Shown here: positions 1 to 10,065 of the stretch, one piece after another
How the letters are laid out: the number at the start of each line of letters is the position of its first letter
How positions within the stretch are numbered: the first letter of the stretch is position 1
Origin: Neolecta irregularis DAH-3
Taxonomy: Eukaryota
Direction of reading: 5' to 3'
NCBI GenBank assembly: GCA_001929475.1
Contig: LXFE01000205.1
Span: forward strand, 1-52,690
Length of the DNA: 52,690 bases
Program-made: the position numbers and the translations under genes
The notes under the pieces: model-generated
What the model was told of the DNA's origin: nothing
What the model saw: the letters and a program-made list of their open reading frames with translations, nothing else
The model's database searches: none

Positions 1-61
1 TTTACGTTTTTTTTTGGCGAGGTGTCGCGTAAAGGGGGGTGTCGCTTAAGTCGGTGTTGAG

Positions 62-199
62 CTTATTCAATCGATTTTATAATTCTTATTCAATCGATTT
101 TATAATTCTTATTCAATCGATTTTATAATTCATTCTTCAATCGATTTTATAATTCATTATTCAATCAATTTTATAATTCATTATTCAATCAATTTTAAT
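62..199. repeat. AT-rich tandem minisatellite, ~6 copies of a 23-24 bp unit (C[A]TTATTCAATCGATTTTATAATT)
   Basis: Units start at 62, 85, 108, 131, 155 and 179; the first three are identical and later ones degenerate; no spacers between units. Confidence 0.95.
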
Positions 200-319
200 C
201 CAAAATTCGAAAAGTTATAGTTCCTTCGTCTTTACCACCCTGAATTAACTCCTACTGAATTGATTCTGATCGATTCATTACCCCTTGATCCTCGATTAAT
301 TAACTTCATATTAATTGAC

Positions 320-1213
320 ATGATATTTCATCTAGACTGCTCCGCTATAAAAACACCACCCCTCTCTACCTCGATCCTCTCAATCATCATCGTACTCGGT
401 GTAATACTCTCGTATATCCCCCAGGTACGAAATCCTTGCACCTCTCTCACAAATAGCATTACAGAATCATATTAAAGAAATCGTCAGAAGGGATTTCTCC
501 CTGGTTTCTGCTTCTCGGCATTACTTCCACATCCGACGCTCTCATAAACATTCTCATCCTCCAATATCCCATTTTAAAATGCTGCCAAGAATTGGTATTC
601 TTTCACATCTAATTATTTGACTGTTAGGGTCCTGGAAAATGTTTTATCGCCACACTTGGAATCGCTCAGATTGCAATGGGGTTCTTGATGTTTACAATCA
701 TGTATCCTTTTCATTCCTCACAACCCTAATTTATAGTGTCGTCTTGGTTACCGTTTACCCGGCCCATGAACAAGCGACTCTTGTATCATTAATCTCACTC
801 GTTCATTTCATCGTTCTCATTATTCTGTCATTGTTTCTCCAAAACAGAACCGGATTTGCAAATGTAATCGGTATTATATCCGCTGTACTCGCTGTATGTC
901 AATACGTGCCTCAAATCATGACTACATACAAGAGGAAAAATATCGGGAGTCTCAGTATTCCAATGATGCTCCTTCAAACACCAGGGAGTTTTATCTTCGT
1001 CTTGAGTTTGCTGGGAAGGGAAGGAGTAATATGGAGCACTTGGGCAATGTACTTGGGCAAGGTTCACCCCGTTTATATAGCTAACAAATAGTCACCGGTC
1101 TACTCCAGGGCATATTGTTGATTATTTGTCTGAAATTCGAATGGAGAGGGAGAGTTGACGCTGCTGAACGAGAACCTTTGCTTACATCGGAGCAGAGAGC
1201 TGACGTTGAATAA
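320..1213 (+). CDS. PQ-loop repeat membrane transporter (5 exons)
   Basis: Spliced SYIPQ|HYRIILKKSSEGISPWF and QYVPQIMTTYKRKNIGSLS PQ-loop motifs; introns 425-456, 595-627, 702-736 and 1057-1091 (GC-AG); C-terminal EREPLL dileucine motif. Confidence 0.9.
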
Positions 1214-1242
1214 TTTACTTTCTAATATTTCCATATTTAATA

Positions 1243-1875
1243 CTAGAAAAATAAAGCCAATGCAAGACTGGAAATAGCAGTTAGTCCAAGCACAGCATAG
1301 CCAGTAGCATAGACACCCTTTAGAGAAAGACCTAGATGTCAGCCTGCAAAACCGAGCACAAAACCTCGTCCTGTATCCCAAAGCAAATGCCGCATGCCAT
1401 TGAAACTGTGAAACGTAAAGGGCAAAGCAGCCAGCATCTTTAGCGAAACCTTCTCCCATCCAGGAAGAGAACTAAAAGCAGCCACGAGAGAAGAAGTATC
1501 GAGACTCCAGCCAAATATGGGCGAAAAGAGATAGGCAGAGGCAAACAGATAAAGGCCTGCAAGTCAGAAAGGGCATAGCAACTACATATGCCTCCCGAAG
1601 CAATTGTACCAGTAATTCTGTTGGCCGCAGACATATACCAGGTGAGCTGCGGCTGATAAATCGTCAAATGCGGCGACGTGGGTCGTCTCTTTCGTTGGTC
1701 TTCTAGAATCTTGTTCGCCTCACTGGCGGCAAGTGCCTGCGATGTTACCCTTCTACATCATCGTTCAGCCCCAGAAAATCATATAATAGTACCTCGCAGG
1801 AACAGCAGTAGCAGATCTAAGCAGACCTACTCTACATGTCGCGACAATCGGGTAAAAGACAGTACGCAAAGTCAT
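1243..1875 (-). CDS. SDH3: Succinate dehydrogenase cytochrome b560 subunit (SDHC), 4 exons
   Basis: [30 protein letters not shown] and [10 protein letters not shown] motifs; N-terminal mitochondrial presequence; intron 1557-1591 is GC-AG. Confidence 0.93.
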
Positions 1876-2133
1876 TGATAGTCCTGTCAAAATGAAAGCA
1901 CAGTTGGTGTTGCCCAATCCATCCAAATTAGTGGCCTTTATTTTTTCGCGGTGCTTATAAAACCGGGTTTTTCACTTCAGAGTCTCTGAATTTCATCGGC
2001 AGGTCAAAATTTCCTTTGTCGCTCCCATTTGCGGCAGGGACATGCACTTGCCGAAGAGCGATTCTATCCGAATTAATCACCCTCCATAATTTGCCATTTA
2101 TCATTGGGTTTCATGCCTCGGTAATATCTATAT

Positions 2134-2742
2134 CTATTCTTGCTTGCTGTCTCGATATCCCATTTTTCTTTGCAATTTTGAAAATAGGGGATTGTCGTTT
2201 TTTTTTGCTTTGTTTACTTTGCGCGGGTTCAGGCACATTGACCGACCTCCAACCAGCCCCCATCCTATCTTCCACTTCCCACTCATCCTAATCTTAATAT
2301 CCTCGCAATCATGTCTCATGACTTTGCCTCTTATCTCCAAAACACACCCTCCACCGCATACAAATGGGCTCGCGATAATACCACAAATCATACAAATCAC
2401 CATGATATTACCGATACTATTGACAACTCTGCATTCATCCGAGGTGGCTCTCAATGTACCATTCAAACCTGACTTGTAGACGAAATCAACTCTAGCCGCA
2501 TGGACAGGGTTAATAGATTAGCTCAAATACTCGATGATATGCAATCGCGCACCCCAGCAACGAAAAGTCCAACCTCGGACAGTGCTCTTCTCGCTCGAGA
2601 CGACAAGGTATTCTACTACTTTATCTAGTTTGATCAAAGTCTGAGCGTTCTTCTTGCACCCTATTGCCTCACCGCGCAAACTCGGTCCCGGTTGACAGTC
2701 ATCACTCGAGGCAGGTTCCATTGAGGTAAACCATCTCGACAT
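2134..2742 (-). CDS. Hypothetical protein (start and exon structure uncertain)
   Basis: Two same-frame ORFs (2518-2880, 2134-2466) joined by a 39-nt GT-AG intron 2492-2530 that removes the stop; no family recognised. Confidence 0.45.
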
Positions 2743-2856
2743 TGCATAAATGCTAATGATAGTCATTCGTCTCCTATCAACCACCAGTCCTTGCAATGGA
2801 AAGATATATCTTCGTCGCCTCCAGTGTCGTTGGTTATAAAGAATGATCGTTCGTAC

Positions 2857-4777
2857 ATGGAACCCCCAATTCATGAGCAATCATCAAGCATAACTGCACC
2901 AACTACTCCTTCCATATCATACCACGATCGAGAAAAGACTCGATCGTCGTTTCAACAGCCAAATATCTCGATTCTTACAAACCAAGCGACGATTGCTCCT
3001 ACCCAACGAGCTAGTCCTAGCGCGAGTTCGAATGGTCTAAGCTGGACCAGCGATTTGATAAAGGAGCATCTGGCAGAACTCTTACGAACAACCGAGTCTG
3101 ACGAGGAATATCAAAGTTTACCAACAAAAAGTCCTACACCGAAAATGACTATTGAGGAATTTACTAAAATTCCTGAACCAGAGCAAATGGATTCAAAGGC
3201 TTTTCAAAAGACAAGACATTCTGCTGGCAGATCTTTTGATAGAAACGTTTCTTCCGAGTCGCAGTATATAGCAAACTTCGAGGCTATGTCGCAGTCACTG
3301 TCTTTTATCAATTCTCCTGAAGCACCAGTTGCGCAGAAATACGAGAGACCACTTATCGATATTGATGTAGACGAATATTCTGGGCACACCAGTTACTGTG
3401 TGGAACCGGTACTTTCTAATACCCAAACGTCGGCCCAAAAGCACGATAAAAAGTTCGTTACGCCATCTCGACACAAGCTGGTGCATGAGCAAACGTTCTA
3501 TTCGAAGGCAAATGCTACCCAAGGGTTTGTATCGCCCGTGAGCGTTCTCTCCCTGCCTTCTGACCATGATCACCATGAATCACTGGATCGACTCACACCT
3601 CGCAAAGATCCGCGCGATGAAGAGTTACTTTTAATGACCTCTACGCTTGCACAATTGTCGAGAGAGTGTGAAAGACGTGGAAAGCTTATTGATGAACTAG
3701 TTGACGATGTAAAGCAACTGAGCAGTAGTCCTCCTCGTAGAGACGAGAAGCTTGAGAACGAACTAGCTGATGCGCGACGAGAAATTAAGGCACTTAAAAT
3801 CTTGACTAGAGAGCTCACGGAACATGCTTCAAGTCCTCATCCGCCGGTGGCCGAGTCTCTGCCTAGTCGAGAAAAGTTGCGACCTCTTGATGCCCAAACT
3901 CCAGCTCGCTTCAACGAAACTGAAACTGTTGAAGAAAAGATGGGTCGTTGGGAAACGTACCTCGAGACTCCTGTTTTCAAGTATCAATTCTATAATGTGG
4001 ATTCTGACTTGAAGGACCAAGAAAACTATGCAAATGAAGGAGAACGAACCAATTCAACAGACGGTACGCCAAGAATTACCTCGCGTCCAAGAATTACCTC
4101 GCGTCCAACAAGAATCACAACGTTTTACAAATCTTCATAAACCTCATCAGGCACAACATAAAATGGAAACAGATATCGAGCGAGTTCGACGTTTAGCAAA
4201 TCTTCATATATCTCTACATGAAACTCCAAATAAAATGGAGAATGATATTGAACGGCTCAAGCGGGCGTTACGACAGGCTCAAGAAGAGATCGATGTTTTG
4301 AGAAGCTCGGGTGGTCATGCACAACATGCAAAAGCTCTCACACCTCAAACGATGCCTGGTACTATTATATATGTGCAAAGCTGATAGTAGATTCAAAAGA
4401 TCAGGGTGTTCCGCGGGAGGAAAAGATGTACTATCGGTTACAATTGTACAAGATTGACCGGCTATGTTCGAATGAAACAGCCAATTTGTTGAAGGCATTT
4501 CATATTTTTGAGGGGGTACTTACTTTAGAATATTTTGATCCAGATGGATATACCGCTGGACATGCTACCTCAACGGGTGATGGATTCACGAGAGCAGTAC
4601 AATGAGAATAAGCTGCTGAAACGGTTCGCAGAGGACATTCATGGGATATTGTATGATGGGGAGAAGATGAAGGGGGTGGATAAGAAATGCCTTGGAGAGA
4701 TGGTAGGACGGCTAGGCAAGCTGGTGAAGGGTGTAGAGAAGCGGCGGTACCAGTCGCGGAGGAGTGTGGTTGTTTAA
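2857..4777 (+). CDS. Ser/Thr-rich coiled-coil protein, possibly spindle-pole-body associated (4 exons)
   Basis: Long ORF with heptad segments (LENELADARREIKALK; DIERLKRALRQAQEEID); introns near 3957, near 4359 and 4495-4528 (GC-AG) give a continuous frame; internal 18-bp tandem repeat at ~4069-4108. Confidence 0.7.
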
Positions 4778-4828
4778 CTTTTGAAACGGTTTTGATAGTT
4801 TGTACAATATGAATAGTTGGGCATAGTC

Positions 4829-5386
4829 TTATGAGGGCAGAATTCTTTCAAGGCAGAACGACTGGGCTTTTGCAGCGCCTTTTGAAAGAGCGATGCCTCC
4901 AATGATTGCTTCTACGCATTCACTTGCAACTTGAGCCTTTGCAGATTTGTGAAGGTCGGCCTGGGGGTTAGCGGGGGAGGGATGGCAGGGGCACAGCACG
5001 AAGGCGGGCTTCCAGCGCATGATGGCTGATACGTTGTGTTGCAGGGCAAAGTTATGGATGGCATCTGAGGAGGTTTTTGCGGTGACAGGGTTCTCTACGG
5101 ACTCGAGGCCGGCAGTCTGTAGTGTTTTTGAGAGGGATACGAACTTGATGGTACGGCGTCCTTGGGTAAGAGACAGAACAGGAAGGAGAGCGGCACCGAG
5201 GAAGGCGAGCTTGTCGTTGTAGGGGAGGGAGCCGTGTGAGTAGGACTTGTGGGTGACGCACTGCCAGACGAGAGAGGGCAGCAGGTAGGAATCTGGGGGG
5301 GCGCCGAGGAGTGCGAGGTAGAAGCGGTGCAGCAGGCGGGAGTCTGTGTTTACGGCAAAGGGGGTGGAGCGTGGGCGCAGGGACAT
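4829..5386 (-). CDS. MRPL15: Mitochondrial ribosomal protein mL57 (RNase III-like fold)
   Basis: WQCVTHKSYSHGSLPYNDKLAFLG, MRWKP and VEAIIGGIALSKG motifs; two in-frame introns (36 and 39 nt). Confidence 0.88.
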   Translation of the reverse strand: MSLRPRSTPFAVNTDSRLLHRFYLALLGAPPDSYLLPSLVWQCVTHKSYSHGSLPYNDKLAFLGAALLPVLSLTQGRRTIKFVSLSKTLQTAGLESVENPVTAKTSSDAIHNFALQHNVSAIMRWKPAFVLCPCHPSPANPQADLHKSAKAQVASECVEAIIGGIALSKGAAKAQSFCLERILPS

Positions 5387-5459
5387 GAGAGGGTGGAGGA
5401 GGTACGGGTGCGCACGTGCACAATGCGCATATATGCCATGGGCGCTGCATACAGCGGCA

Positions 5460-5803
5460 ATGCTGCTGCTGCTGCTGCTATATACCGCCGCTGCCTCTGC
5501 GCAGTTCGCCTTCTTCGACCAGATGTTCCAGCGCCCGCAGGCGATTATCTACAACGCCGACACCTACAGGGCCCAGTATGCCGCGGGTACTCAGCCCCTG
5601 GGGTTCTGCTAACGGCAGGCGAATGCAATGGCTATGTCTGCCCCGACACCCTCACCTGCGTCGACCTGCCCGCCAGCTGCCCCTGCCGCTTCCCGCAGGA
5701 GACAAAGTGTCTGGTTGGCAGCTCCTACTTCTGCATCTCGGCTGTCGAGACGGGCAACGCATGCGACTTTGTCCGCGCAGTAGCAAAGGGCCGCTCCCTC
5801 TGA
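5460..5803 (+). CDS. LCL2: Long chronological lifespan protein 2 (secreted/ER, Cys-rich)
   Basis: Signal peptide, then QFAFFDQMF, then CNGYVCPDTLTCVDLPASCPC; intron 5587-5618. Confidence 0.9.
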
Positions 5804-5848
5804 CCTCTGTATATATATATCCCTTAATCCTTGTTCCATGCATATATA

Positions 5849-6876
5849 CTAACCCTTTTGCCCTCCCTGCAGCCACTCGTACACCACCCCAAAGTCCTTG
5901 CCCCTGCGGCTCTCCGCCACCTCCGCATACACCCCCTGCGCCGCGTCCTTCAGGCCCAGCCACACCCCGCGCTCCTTCGCCGCCTCGCATGCCAGCTTCA
6001 GGTCCTTCTCCATCAGCTCCACGGCAAACCCCCCGTGGTATCCCCGCTCCACCGGCGCATCTCGCGTCACGCCCAACACAGGGTTGTTGGCCTCAGACGC
6101 CCAGCACCTCCCAGTACTCGAATTGATGATCTCTCCCAGCACCTTGGCCTCCAGCCCCAGCTCCAGCCCCAGATTCATCGCCTCGCATGTTGCAATGTTG
6201 GATATCGCAAGCAGGTAATTATTGCTCAGCTTCGCCGCTAGTCCAAGCGTGGGCGAGCCACACGCTATGATACGCTTCCCCATAAAAATAAGCGCCTGGC
6301 TCACATCCGCAAGCTGAGTCGACTCTTTTGATAGCCCTACCATAAACGTGAGCGTCCCGTTCTGAGCCCCAATAACCCCGCCCTGCATCAATGTTGGCCC
6401 GCATCATACAATATCATACCGACACAGGAGCATCAACAAACATTGCATTGTGATGTGTAATCTTTCTCGCCAGCTCGCCAGACGTCTTGATGTCAATCGT
6501 GCTGCAATCTCTAGTGAGACACAGGTCTATCAGGTGCAAATACCGATATAAATCTGCTTTCCCCGCGGTGTGATTTGCTGAAAGAGCGTCTTCATGGTTG
6601 TTCCATCCGGGAGCATCGTTATTATTGTATCCTTGGATCAACTTCTCTTCTCTAAAACCCCTTTACTGCTTCATCTACAACCTCTTGGGCCGTCTTGGCA
6701 ATATCCACTCCCGTGGGCGGTTTCACATCATACATTATAACCTTTTCTCCCGATCGTTGCAAATTCCGAGCCATCGGTAACCCCTCTCGTCAATAACTGT
6801 TACGCACCATACCTTACCATTCTACCAAGACCAATAAAGCCATAATGCAAACTTCGCCGAAATACAATTGATGGCA
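5849..6876 (-). CDS. HIBADH: 3-hydroxyisobutyrate dehydrogenase (5 exons)
   Basis: GFIGLGRM|GLPMARNL Rossmann motif, DCSTID, FVDAPVS|GGV, KLSNNYLLA, SSTGRCWAS, GGFAVELMEKDL. Confidence 0.92.
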
Positions 6877-7004
6877 TCCGTAACTTTTGATGTAGGTTGT
6901 AAAATCTTAAATGTGGGGGAACCAAGACACCTACTATTCAAACTTTAATTTGATCTGCAAAGCCAATATTCCGTAACATCTCCAACTCCACAAACGTAAT
7001 GCAT

Positions 7005-7542
7005 TTAGAATAATCTGCCAACCCCATGACAAGTCGGACAAGTTGTCTCCAACAAGAATAAACTCAACATACGCCCACTCCCTTTACATGTTCCACACAA
7101 CATGCCGCCAAGCCGCTGGTCTCCTGGCGGTAGCACTAGAGCCCCTTCGCATTAATATAATTTCAACTCAAGATATACCGGGTGGAGGCCCGTAATTTGC
7201 GGTCAAAACTGGTCGATTTTGCCTGCCAAATAAAGAATGACATGTCCCGCAAGGTCTCCCAGTTGATTTAATCCCTGTATTCGAACATTTTGAACACCAA
7301 TAATTTGGTGGAAATTGCAAAGGACCAGCCCGAGGGTACTGCGGCTGAGGGTGTTGCTGGTGATGTTCTTGCCAGTAAGACGGTGACTGGTGTTGTTGTG
7401 GATATTCTTGCCAGCAAGGTTGTTCAACCGGCCGGTTTTGAGTCGGATGCGAAGGGCCCTGTTGACTATTGAGATAGTGAGAACCTTCCGAGTACGGAGG
7501 TGGAAGATCGTTGTCGAGTTGATGTTCTGTCTTCTTGCACAT
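7005..7542 (-). CDS. HUA1: Proline-rich zinc-finger protein of the HUA1 family
   Basis: PPPY motif; YWCSKCSNTG..GRPCGTC; LPPGDQRLGGMLCGTCKGSG..TCPTCHGVGR; one intron. Confidence 0.85.
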
Positions 7543-7787
7543 TGTGGTTCAAGAATTACACACATGTTTGCCAAACTTGATTTGATTGGTCGGGATTACA
7601 CCACGACGAGCCCACCATGTTCGCCCACGATTACATTTCCCGAATATTTATGGTCCTCGTCATCCGATCAACCAGTCTATTTGGCCGGATTTCTACTATT
7701 CTCGGTCGGGGCGAAACGATGACGATACACCTTACAAATTGTGGGATTTAAACCGTGGCTTCATTTGACTTTTTTGTATTCCTCATA

Positions 7788-9401
7788 ATGCAAAGACCGT
7801 CTTCCGCGAGCTCAAGTGATTCTTCCGCCTTTATCGATGCCCTCTCAATAATGGAGTATCCCGGGCCCGTACCTTATGAGACTCTAAGTAGTCCAATGGA
7901 CTCCACAGACAGCCACAACCACGAGGACGAACATGTCGATATCTTTCACAATACAATCATGGGCGAGAACGAAGGAGAGTACGGTTTATCTCTTTTTTTC
8001 GAAAATCTCATAGTTCCAGGATTCCCATTCGGCTGCCACATATTTCTCTCCGTACATCTAAATCGAGCGTAGATTACCCGACTCCCTTTCTGCGGCACAT
8101 TCGTATGATCCCAAGAACGCCTTCTCCCATAATGGAAATCCCCATTGATTCACAACGGTTGGAAAAATTAGCTCGTGTTCTTTTTCCAGGTCTTTACTTG
8201 AAACGAGACAAGGAACAATTCCGGAAAGATTGGCTCGACCTCATGGACTGTTGTGAGTCGAATGTTCGTAGGTCGTTCAGCAAGGGCGTGGGGATGAATG
8301 TAAATGATTTTGTTGATGAAGTTCGACGAATGGTGGGAGGTCTTTTACAGGGTTTTTTAATTCTGTTAGATGAGATATGGCTTGATGGATCTTCATCGGA
8401 CCCTGGTATCATTTATTCACAACCGGCGCTTTGACACGGATCTCCGAACATATCATGAAGAACACGACCCTCCCGCTCTGCGGAATCTGGGCTCACCCAT
8501 CGAATCAACGTACCCGGCTCTCCGGTGGATGAAAGAGATGTTTGGCAAGCTACTTGACATACATGGCTATGCTCCATTGGGAAGTTCAGAGGAACTGACA
8601 TTTTTAATGATTTTACGAAACCAAGTCCAGGCATTCAGTGGGATGGTCCAGTACGGTACACAACTACGAACAAATTCACAAACAGTTCGAAGACTCTCTG
8701 TTAACCCCTTTTCTCCACACTTCTTTCACCGGAACAAAACGGACAAGTCGTCCAAAAATGATCAAGCCACATCTACATCCGGAGACCTTGAAATACAAGC
8801 CTCTCAGTCCGCCGAAAACGATGAAGCGAAACTACGATTCATTGATAAATTCGGTTTACCAGCCCTCAAAAATCATCCGTGTCTGGAATTCAATTTTTCC
8901 CCAGATATTAGTCTCGGACGACACTTGAACCTTTCATCTCGCAAGCACCGGTCAAATACCACTCTCGAGCTATATACAGGTACAAGTCCAATATGGCGAC
9001 TATACCTCGTTCATTCATCGCCACTTCACGCATACGATCAAATCATTGGCCAAATCTGCCAAATCTCATATAGTTACCTGTGGACCTTACAAATCCTCTT
9101 TCCCACTGACGAATCTCAAAAATGGGCTGTTTCACAAGGAATCTGTAAATCGTACCTCGATGCCTCACGTCTTTACCCACCTGAATCCACAAGCTGTTCT
9201 CTCTTCGTCAATAGAATGCAGCGATTAGAAAATATCGGGTACAATCAATGGGCCAGACTCCGTCTTGAATTAAAACGAGCTAGTCTGGAACAGCCTTTAC
9301 ACTATTGGTTTTTTTGGCTTTTGGTGCTATTCATCGTAGTTGGGATTCTCTGTCTTTTATTTCTAGTTTCGCTATTTTCAGTGATTGTTGCGAGACTTTG
9401 A
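7788..9401 (+). CDS. Uncharacterised fungal protein with a C-terminal transmembrane helix (3 exons)
   Basis: Three ORF segments joined in frame by two short GT-AG introns (near 7980 and 8333); C-terminal hydrophobic helix YWFFWLLVLFIVVGILCLLF. Confidence 0.7.
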
Positions 9402-10065
9402 GGAGGAGTATCAAGTCATCCTAGAATTCATCCGGTATTTTTATTTTAGCGATGACCTTGTATGGGCACTACAAAAACTGTAATTTAAAATTCAATTAAG
9501 AATATACACGGATTCGAGAAAGTAGGGCAAACTATTCATTTGTAATAGCAAGCTTATTTAAAAGTTCCTTATTATTTAAATGTCCAAACAAGTAATTAGT
9601 GGGGAAGCTAATTATCGGAAATTGAATCAGGACCACGCAGCACGCAGCACACAGGAACAAAACCAATCCACGACAACCTTCATTAGAATATACTCTTCAA
9701 ATGCACCCATTTCAAATTTCTTCGTTATGAGCGATCAAAGCCCCTCAGTTTATAAATCTTAAAGCGACGTTCAACCCAGCCATCTGTGTGGATAAAAACA
9801 AACTCCGTGACTGTACACCATTATCCAATATCAGTAAACCCAATTCGGTGGCCTCAGGCAACAGACTAATGAATGTATCATTCCAAGTTCTCCTTGATTG
9901 CCATCGGGGGCTTGGACCTTAGACCCCATGAAGCGATTTCTACCGGAAGCGGTAAGTTAGGGTTTTGTTATCAATTCAGCCGGGCGAGCCCCTCTCTCAA
10001 GCCATTCCCTTTCTTTGCTAGGATCCAGCAATTGTTATTGTCGCTACACACATTATACCGTTACT

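Noticed and set aside
62-199. CRISPR-like repeat array
   Set aside because: Units are directly adjacent with no unique spacers; the context is eukaryotic and there are no cas genes
5019-6241. Many overlapping ORFs (e.g. 5416-6126, 5249-5803, 5652-5990)
   Set aside because: Shadow frames caused by high GC and stop-codon scarcity; explained by MRPL15, LCL2 and HIBADH
4829-6400. Horizontally acquired GC-rich island
   Set aside because: The genes are conserved fungal housekeeping genes with host-type short introns, and GC changes gradually within genes
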